Origin: Candidatus Thermofontivivens primus
Lineage (GTDB): Bacteria > Sysuimicrobiota > Sysuimicrobiia > Sysuimicrobiales > Thermofontiviventaceae
Direction of reading: 5' to 3'
Length of the DNA stretch: 64,000 nt
Assembly (NCBI GenBank): GCA_031458695.1
Contig: JAVKJW010000005.1
Location: forward strand, 1-64,000
In this document: piece by piece, positions 57,556-64,000 of the stretch
Numbering within the stretch: the stretch's first letter is position 1
How the letters are laid out: the number at the start of each line of letters is the position of its first letter
Made by a program: the position numbers and the translations under genes
Notes under the pieces: generated by a model
The model's database searches: none
The model's input: the letters and a program-made list of their open reading frames with translations, nothing else
Told to the model about the DNA's origin: nothing

Positions 57556-58905
57556 ATGGAAAGGAAGTTCTGTATCATCACCTATGGCTGCCAGATGAAT
57601 GTCCGGGACTCGGAGGCAATGGCCGGGATCCTCCTCCAGATGGGGTATAACCCCACGGAGGACCCCGAGGAAGCCGACGTGATCCTCCTCAACACCTGTA
57701 CCGTGCGGGAAGGCGCTGAGGAACGAGCTTACGGACGGATCAACGAACTGCATGCTCTCAAGCGCCGCAAACCCCACCTCATCATTGGCATGGCTGGGTG
57801 CATCCCTCAGAAGGACCGGGAGCGTGTCTTCGCAAAAGCTCCTCACGTTGACCTCGTGTTCGGCGTCCACAACATCCATCGTCTCCCTGAGCTCCTCCGG
57901 CAGGCGAAGGAGGGATGCATGCCTGTGTACGAGGTCTACAGGAGGCCTCCAGAGGACCTCCCCCGTCTTCCTGCCCTGCGGAAGAACAAGATCAAGGCCT
58001 ACGTGAATATCATCCACGGGTGCAACAAGTGGTGCACCTTCTGTATCGTCCCCCTCACGCGCGGACCCGAACGAAGCATCCCTCCTGACCAGGTGCTCGC
58101 GGAGATCGAAGAGCTTGCCAGGGAGGGCTACAAAGAAGTTACCCTCCTTGGCCAAAATGTGGACTCCTATGGCCACGATCTACGGCCCAAGGTGGATCTC
58201 GCGGACCTGCTCACCATGGTCCACGACGTTGAGGGGATCCAGCGCATCCGGTTCACAACCTCTCATCCCCGGGACATGACGCTGAAGCTCATCAAGACGG
58301 TGGCTGCCCTGCCGAAGGTCTGTGAGCACATCCACCTCCCTATCCAAGCAGGGGATGACCTGGTTCTCTCCCGGATGCGTAGGGGGTACACCGTGGCGCA
58401 GTACAAGGAGATCGTCGCCGCCATCCGGGAGCACATCCCTGGGGTCAGCATCACCACGGATGTGATTGTGGGGTTCCCTGGAGAGACAGAGGAACAATTC
58501 GAGAATACCCTCCAGCTTTTGGAGGAGATCCGGTTCGATGCCGTCAACAGTGCGATGTATTCCCCGCGCGAGTACACCCGGGCGGCCACCTTCCCGGACC
58601 AGATCGATGAGGAGACTAAGAAACGCCGGCTGTGGAGGCTGAACTCCCTCCAGGAACGCATCGCCCTTGAAATCAACCGTGAGCTCGTGGGAACGCGCCA
58701 GGAGGTTCTTCTGGAAGGCAAAGGGGAAAAGGGAGGCCTTGTTGGTCGGACTCGCACGAACAAAGTCGTTGTAGTAGAGGGAGATGGCTTCCATCTGGAA
58801 GATGGAGACAAGCTTGCGGGGCAGACAGTTGACGTCTTCATCACGGACGCAGGTTCCTGGGTCCTCCGCGGGCGCCTAGTCAAAGGATCCCTCGTTGCAG
58901 TATAA
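57556..58905 (+). CDS. miaB: tRNA-2-methylthio-N6-dimethylallyladenosine synthase
   Basis: TYGCQMN, NTCTVRE, radical SAM CNKWCTFCIVP, RFTTSHP, IVGFPGETEE, TRAM domain. Confidence 0.96.
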   Translation: MERKFCIITYGCQMNVRDSEAMAGILLQMGYNPTEDPEEADVILLNTCTVREGAEERAYGRINELHALKRRKPHLIIGMAGCIPQKDRERVFAKAPHVDLVFGVHNIHRLPELLRQAKEGCMPVYEVYRRPPEDLPRLPALRKNKIKAYVNIIHGCNKWCTFCIVPLTRGPERSIPPDQVLAEIEELAREGYKEVTLLGQNVDSYGHDLRPKVDLADLLTMVHDVEGIQRIRFTTSHPRDMTLKLIKTVAALPKVCEHIHLPIQAGDDLVLSRMRRGYTVAQYKEIVAAIREHIPGVSITTDVIVGFPGETEEQFENTLQLLEEIRFDAVNSAMYSPREYTRAATFPDQIDEETKKRRLWRLNSLQERIALEINRELVGTRQEVLLEGKGEKGGLVGRTRTNKVVVVEGDGFHLEDGDKLAGQTVDVFITDAGSWVLRGRLVKGSLVAV

Positions 58906-59109
58906 GGATCCCACCGACCTCTTTTGGTAAGATTTCGCTGGGCTGCGTAGCGTTGCTCCCTTCTGGGAAGATTTCCGCACTTGCGCTTGCACATCTCTCT
59001 ACTGGCCAAGCGGAGGATTTCGGAAGGAAACCACGAATTCTCATCCCAAGGCACCCACGGGAGAGGGCCTGAGCTCATTGCAGGAAGGGAGGCGGGAGGT
59101 CCGAGATCG

Positions 59110-61896
59110 TTGACGGAACGCGTCACTCCTATGCTCGAGCAGTACCGCCGCTTGAAGTCGCGGCACCCAGACGCTCTTCTTTTATTCCGCCTGGGTGATT
59201 TCTACGAGCTCTTTGAGGAAGATGCCCGCATCGCCGCGCGTGAACTCCAGCTCGTGCTCACGTCACGGTCGTTCAGCAAGGATGTGCGGCTCCCCATGTG
59301 CGGCGTCCCCCACCACTCTGTAACCTCCTACATCGCCCGCCTGATCGAACGAGGATACAAAGTAGCAGTCGTCGAGCAGTTGGAGGATCCCAGGAAGGCG
59401 AGAGGGCTCGTGAAACGGGATATCGTCCGGGTGATTACCCCCGGGACGGTGGTGGAGGAAGAGCTGCTCAAGGGATACCGGGAGAATTTCCTCGTAGCCA
59501 TCGCCCACAGGAAGCAAGGATATGGGCTCTCCTTCGTGGATCTTTCCACGGGCGAGTTCGCCACCTGCCAGATCACCGGGCCGGGGGCCTGGGATCTCCT
59601 GATCGAAGAACTCCACCGCTTGCGACCGAGCGAATACATTCTCCCCGAGGGCCTCAGCCGCGATGAACGAGTCCGGCAAACGCTCCTTGAGATCGGCCCT
59701 GCGCGTATCTCCCCCCTTGACGAGAAAGCGTTCGATCCCGAGATTGCGCGCGCCCGCCTCCTGGAACACTTTGGGGTGCTCTCCCTGGAAGCTTTTGGGT
59801 GTGCAGAGCTTCCGTTGGCCATCGCCGCGAGCGGAGCGATCCTCCAATACCTGAAAGAGAATCAACCCTCTGCCTTCCTGGATCCTCGCATCCAAGGGCA
59901 ATCCCTCATGCACCTCCAACGCCTCGTCACGTACTCCCCTGAAGGATACATGCTCCTGGATGGGATCACTCGGCGCAACCTAGAGCTGACGGAGAGCCTG
60001 CGCGATGGAACCACCCAGGGAAGCCTCCTTGATGTGCTGGATCATACCGTCACTCCCATGGGCAGGCGTCTCCTGCGAAGGTGGATCAATCAACCCCTTC
60101 TCGATCTCTCTCAGATCCACGAGCGCCTGGACGCGGTTGGGGAGCTCGTGGAGGACAACCTGTTCCGTGGGGACCTGGGTGCCGCCCTTGAGGGGATGTC
60201 CGATGTGGAACGACTGACAGGCCGCATTGGGTTTGGGACTGCCAACGCCAGGGATCTCGTCGCCCTCAAGCGATCCCTCTTGCGCCTTCCCAGAATCAAG
60301 GAGGTGCTCCAGGGGGCGCGCACTGGACGGTTGGTCTTCCTACGAGAGAACCTGGATGACCTCCAGGATGTCTGCCGAACCATCGAGGAGGCCATTGTAG
60401 AGGATCCTCCCATCCAGCTCAAGGAAGGGGGGTTGATCAAGCCAGGATACAGCGCCGACCTGGATCACCTCCGGGAGGTGGCTGCGCGGGGGAAAGGCTG
60501 GCTGGCGGAATTGGAGGCAGCCGAGCGGGCCCGTACCGGGATCAAGGGGCTACGGATCCGGTATAATGAGGTCTTCGGCTTCTTCCTCGAGGTGCCCAGG
60601 AGCCAGAGCCACCTTGTCCCTCCGGAGTACGAGCGTCGGGCAACGATTACGCACGCCGAACGCTTCATCACTCCTGCGCTGCGCGCCAAAGAGGGAGAGA
60701 TCTTGGGGGCGGAGGAACGGATCAGGGAGCTCGAGTACGAGCTCTTCGTGGAAGTTCGCACTAGGGTGGCGAGGGAGGTCGCACGCCTCCAGGAAACGGC
60801 AAGGATCTTGGCTGAGCTTGACGTGCTTGCCTCTCTGGCAGAGGCCGCAGCGCGATATGGGTATGTGAAGCCAATCGTCGATGAGGGCGATGAGATCGAG
60901 ATCCGGGAGGGACGCCACCCCGTGGTGGAGCGCTATCTCCCAGAAGGGAAGCGGTTCGTCCCGAACGATACCATGCTCAACCTCACCCATCACCGCCTGA
61001 TCCTCCTCACCGGGCCCAACATGTCAGGCAAATCGGTGTACATCCGGCAGGTCGCCTTGATCGTATTGATGGCCCAGATGGGGAGCTTTGTCCCAGCTTC
61101 CCACGCCCGGATCGGGCTTGTGGACCGCATCTTCAGCCGAGTGGGGGCGACGGACGACATCTCGCAAGGGAGGAGCACTTTCCTTGTGGAGATGAGCGAG
61201 ACGAGTTATATCCTACACCACGCAACTACCCGGAGTCTTGTCATTCTTGATGAAGTAGGGAGGGGTACAAGCACCTACGATGGGATCAGCCTCGCCTGGG
61301 CGGTGGCGGAGTACTTGCACAACCACATCGGTGCGAAAACGCTCTTTGCCACGCACTTCCACGAGCTGACTCGCCTCGCTGGCAAGACAGGGGAGGAGGG
61401 GAGGTCCGGGCAACTTGGCAAGAGGGTCGGCAGAAGGTTCGTTCCCATGCCGCACCCTCAACTCCCAGGAGCGAAGAACTACACCATGGCTGTGAAGGAG
61501 CAGGGAAGCGAGATCCTCTTCCTGTACCGGGTGATCCCAGGGACCACGGATCGGAGCTACGGGATCCATGTGGCTCAGCTTGCCGGCCTTCCTGCTCCAG
61601 TGATCTCCAGGGCTCAGGAGATCCTCCAGATACTGGAACGGGCGAACGGCGCGGTTCCGCTCAGAGAGGGAGAAGGGGAAGTGATCCCATTCCCGCGGGT
61701 CGACGAGGCGCGCGGGAAGGTCTTGGATACCCTCGCCAGCGTGGACATTGCATCGACGACCCCTCTTGAGGCGTTGAACCTCTTGTATCATTTGCAGCAA
61801 CAGGTTCGTGAGGCCAGGGTCCAGGGGATGGAGCACCTCAGGAGGGGACCTCGCCAAGATCTCCCGAGAGATTTTGGTGAGGTGGCACCGCGATGA
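59110..61896 (+). CDS. mutS: DNA mismatch repair protein MutS
   Basis: TPMLEQY, FRLGDFYELF, PMCGVP, TGPNMSGKS, STFLVEM, DEVGRGTSTYDG, SYGIHVA. TTG start chosen. Confidence 0.97.
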   Translation: MTERVTPMLEQYRRLKSRHPDALLLFRLGDFYELFEEDARIAARELQLVLTSRSFSKDVRLPMCGVPHHSVTSYIARLIERGYKVAVVEQLEDPRKARGLVKRDIVRVITPGTVVEEELLKGYRENFLVAIAHRKQGYGLSFVDLSTGEFATCQITGPGAWDLLIEELHRLRPSEYILPEGLSRDERVRQTLLEIGPARISPLDEKAFDPEIARARLLEHFGVLSLEAFGCAELPLAIAASGAILQYLKENQPSAFLDPRIQGQSLMHLQRLVTYSPEGYMLLDGITRRNLELTESLRDGTTQGSLLDVLDHTVTPMGRRLLRRWINQPLLDLSQIHERLDAVGELVEDNLFRGDLGAALEGMSDVERLTGRIGFGTANARDLVALKRSLLRLPRIKEVLQGARTGRLVFLRENLDDLQDVCRTIEEAIVEDPPIQLKEGGLIKPGYSADLDHLREVAARGKGWLAELEAAERARTGIKGLRIRYNEVFGFFLEVPRSQSHLVPPEYERRATITHAERFITPALRAKEGEILGAEERIRELEYELFVEVRTRVAREVARLQETARILAELDVLASLAEAAARYGYVKPIVDEGDEIEIREGRHPVVERYLPEGKRFVPNDTMLNLTHHRLILLTGPNMSGKSVYIRQVALIVLMAQMGSFVPASHARIGLVDRIFSRVGATDDISQGRSTFLVEMSETSYILHHATTRSLVILDEVGRGTSTYDGISLAWAVAEYLHNHIGAKTLFATHFHELTRLAGKTGEEGRSGQLGKRVGRRFVPMPHPQLPGAKNYTMAVKEQGSEILFLYRVIPGTTDRSYGIHVAQLAGLPAPVISRAQEILQILERANGAVPLREGEGEVIPFPRVDEARGKVLDTLASVDIASTTPLEALNLLYHLQQQVREARVQGMEHLRRGPRQDLPRDFGEVAPR

Positions 61897-63512
61897 CCAT
61901 CCGCATCCTGGACCGTTCCGTGGTCGAGCGCATCGCCGCGGGAGAGGTTATCGAACGTCCAGCCTCTGTGGTCAAAGAACTGATTGAGAACGCCCTTGAC
62001 GCCGGCAGCACGGCGATCCACGTAGAGATCCTCGACGGCGGCCTCTCCTATATCCGGGTCAGCGACAACGGGTGTGGGATGACTGCAGAGGACGCGGTGT
62101 TGGCCTTAGAGCGCTTCGCCACGAGCAAGATCTCTTCAAGCGAGGACCTAGATAAGATCCGTACGCTAGGGTTCCGAGGAGAGGCCCTACCGAGCATCGC
62201 ATCAGTGAGCCGCCTGGAGCTTGTGACACGGGCCTCCCCTGCACCAGAGGGGAGGCGCCTGATCGCGGAGGGAGGGGCGGTTACCGTTGAGGCGGCCGCT
62301 AGTCCTGTGGGGACCAGCGTCACAGTCCGCGACCTCTTCTACAATACCCCTGCACGCCGGAAGTTCCTCAAATCTCCTCTGAGGGAGGCCGAGCTGGTGC
62401 AGAGGACGGTCCTCCGGTACGCCCTCGCCTACCCGCAAGTTGCCTTTCGCCTCACCATTGACAGAAGAGAGAGCCTAGTACTCCCCCAAGGGAAGCTCCT
62501 GGATCGGATCGCTGCCCTGTGGGGGAGGGAGGTTGCTTCGGAGATGCTGGAGGTCCAGTGGGAGGGTGTTGATCTCCACGTGTGGGGGTATGTCAGCCGG
62601 CCTACCATCGCCAAGGCAAGCCGGGAATTCCAACACCTCTTTGTCAACGGCCGGCCAGTACGCCCAGGATTTCTCTCTGTGGCCATAGAACGTCCCTACC
62701 ATGGCCTCCTCCCGCCGGGGAGGCACCCTCTCGCGGTCCTCTCCCTGGTGATCCACCCATCCCTCGTCGATGTGAACGTCCACCCCCAAAAGGCGGAGAT
62801 TCGGTTCCTCCAGGAGAGGTCAGTCTACTGGGCGATTTCGCAGGCGATCGGAAAGGCGCTCTCTCGCATTTCCCCTGAAGAGATTCCCCAGCAGGCTTGG
62901 CCATTCCCCGAAAGTAGGGCTGAGGAAGTTCGAGAAACCCCCACCCCCTACATTGGAGACCTCCGTGTCTTGGGCCAGCTACACCACACCTATATCCTTG
63001 CGATAGATCCTCAAGGGCTCTGGATTGTGGACCAACATGCCGCCCACGAGCAGGTTCTCTTTGAGCGGATCCTCAAAAACCCTAGCCCTGTGATCCTTTC
63101 CCCGCCAGTGAGCCTCCAGGTCCCCCCTCGGGAAGGGGAACTCCTGCGTACCTTCCAGGAAGTTCTTGAGGCGATTGGCGTCGAGATGGAACCATTTGGG
63201 GGCCAGACCATTCTCATCCGCTCCGTCCCTGAGGTTGCTAAAACCGTAGACCTCACCGAGCTCCTAGTCGAAATCGGCGGAGTTCTTGATCGCTACAGAG
63301 GTAGTCTCTCTGAACACCTCCGAGAGCAGTTGGCAATGAAGGTTGCATGCATCGCTGCCTATAAGAGCGGGGATCCTCTTACTCGTGAGCAGATGCAATC
63401 CCTTCTGGACGAGCTCCAGACCGCCTGGTCCCCTGCAACCTGCCCTCACGGCCGGCCAACCTTCGTGATCCTCTCCGTGGAGGAATTGGAGCGGAGGTTT
63501 CTGCGGAGATGA
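61893..63512 (+). CDS. mutL: DNA mismatch repair endonuclease MutL
   Basis: IAAGEVIERPASVVKELIENALDA, GFRGEAL, DVNVHP, endonuclease motif DQHAAHEQVLFE, CPHGRP. Confidence 0.97.
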   Translation: MTIRILDRSVVERIAAGEVIERPASVVKELIENALDAGSTAIHVEILDGGLSYIRVSDNGCGMTAEDAVLALERFATSKISSSEDLDKIRTLGFRGEALPSIASVSRLELVTRASPAPEGRRLIAEGGAVTVEAAASPVGTSVTVRDLFYNTPARRKFLKSPLREAELVQRTVLRYALAYPQVAFRLTIDRRESLVLPQGKLLDRIAALWGREVASEMLEVQWEGVDLHVWGYVSRPTIAKASREFQHLFVNGRPVRPGFLSVAIERPYHGLLPPGRHPLAVLSLVIHPSLVDVNVHPQKAEIRFLQERSVYWAISQAIGKALSRISPEEIPQQAWPFPESRAEEVRETPTPYIGDLRVLGQLHHTYILAIDPQGLWIVDQHAAHEQVLFERILKNPSPVILSPPVSLQVPPREGELLRTFQEVLEAIGVEMEPFGGQTILIRSVPEVAKTVDLTELLVEIGGVLDRYRGSLSEHLREQLAMKVACIAAYKSGDPLTREQMQSLLDELQTAWSPATCPHGRPTFVILSVEELERRFLRR

Positions 63513-64000
63513 TCCCACATGGTCCTTTGATCGTCATCTGTGGCCCCACGGCGGTCGGGAAGACCGCTGCGAGTATCGAGGTTGCCAAGGCAATTGGGGG
63601 AGAGATCATCTGTGCAGATTCGCGGACTGTCTACCGATACATGGATATTGGGACCGCCAAGCCGACGGAGGATCAGCGGCGGCAGGTTCCCCATCACCTC
63701 CTGGACGTAGCTGACCCCTCCGAAGTCTTCACCGTCGTCCAGTTCGTGGCAATGGCCGAGGAGGCCATCCGGAGCATTCATGAAAAGGGGAAGGTTCCCC
63801 TTCTGGTAGGGGGTACGGGCCTCTACATCCGTGCGGTAGTGGACGGGCTGACGATCCCAATGGTTCCCCCGAACTGGGAGCTTCGGTCCCGCCTGGAGGA
63901 GGAGGCAAGGAAGTTCGGACCAGAGGCCTTGCACCGCCGGCTCGCCGAGACTGACCCCGTCGCGGCACAACGCATTCACCCTGGAAACGTCCGGAGGGTC
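63509..64000 (+). CDS. miaA: tRNA dimethylallyltransferase (3'-truncated by window edge)
   Basis: Translated by hand from ATG 63509, which overlaps the mutL stop: ICGPTAVGKT, ADSRTVYRYMDIGTAKP, PHHLLD, VGGTGLY. Confidence 0.95.
   Translation, partial: MIPHGPLIVICGPTAVGKTAASIEVAKAIGGEIICADSRTVYRYMDIGTAKPTEDQRRQVPHHLLDVADPSEVFTVVQFVAMAEEAIRSIHEKGKVPLLVGGTGLYIRAVVDGLTIPMVPPNWELRSRLEEEARKFGPEALHRRLAETDPVAAQRIHPGNVRRV

Noticed and set aside
1..64000. CRISPR array, IS element, integrase or prophage
   Set aside because: No regularly spaced repeats and no transposase, integrase or phage genes were seen. The Cas4-like Cys/nuclease motifs at about 41090-41790 belong to the helicase fusion.
1..64000. 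Selenoprotein (in-frame TGA) within the window
   Set aside because: Genes ending in TGA appear full length for their families, and I saw no Cys-aligned TGA with continued homology. A SECIS search would be needed to exclude it fully.

Overview
GC-rich bacterial chromosomal window made up mostly of housekeeping genes, with Terrabacteria/Bacillota-like gene order. The lineage cannot be fixed from sequence alone. From left to right: a partial ParA plus a Cys-rich partner, HAD hydrolase, pfkA, a secreted alkaline-phosphatase-superfamily enzyme, an amidohydrolase and ccmH; rimP-nusA-ylxR-infB-DUF503-rbfA-nrnA-truB-ribF; rpsO-pnp-M16 peptidase; dapB-asd-aspartokinase-dapA-udg-uppP-ftsK; a reverse-strand BMP/CUT2 nucleoside ABC transporter divergent from a PfkB kinase and psuG; rodZ-cinA-thpR-recA-recX; a four-gene block (UvrD-type helicase fused to an Fe-S RecB-like nuclease, stand-alone WYL protein, Mre11/SbcD-like nuclease, membrane-anchored Rad50/YhaN-like ATPase); rny-ymdB-PHP; selA-selB and tRNA-Sec; several small uncharacterised genes; and miaB-mutS-mutL-miaA (partial). 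No CRISPR array, rRNA, transposase or integrase was seen. The best candidates for new biology are: (1) the recA-linked helicase-nuclease/WYL/Mre11/membrane-Rad50 module behind a promoter with a LexA-type palindrome; (2) a multi-stem RNA leader and a probable non-canonical ATC start for rny; (3) a ParA partner with a ParB-like N-terminal peptide and a Cys cluster; (4) a protamine-like Arg-rich small protein; (5) an orphan ImmA/IrrE-like peptidase; (6) in-frame insertions in conserved genes that coincide with DNA hairpins. All calls come from reading motifs by eye; no database searches were run.
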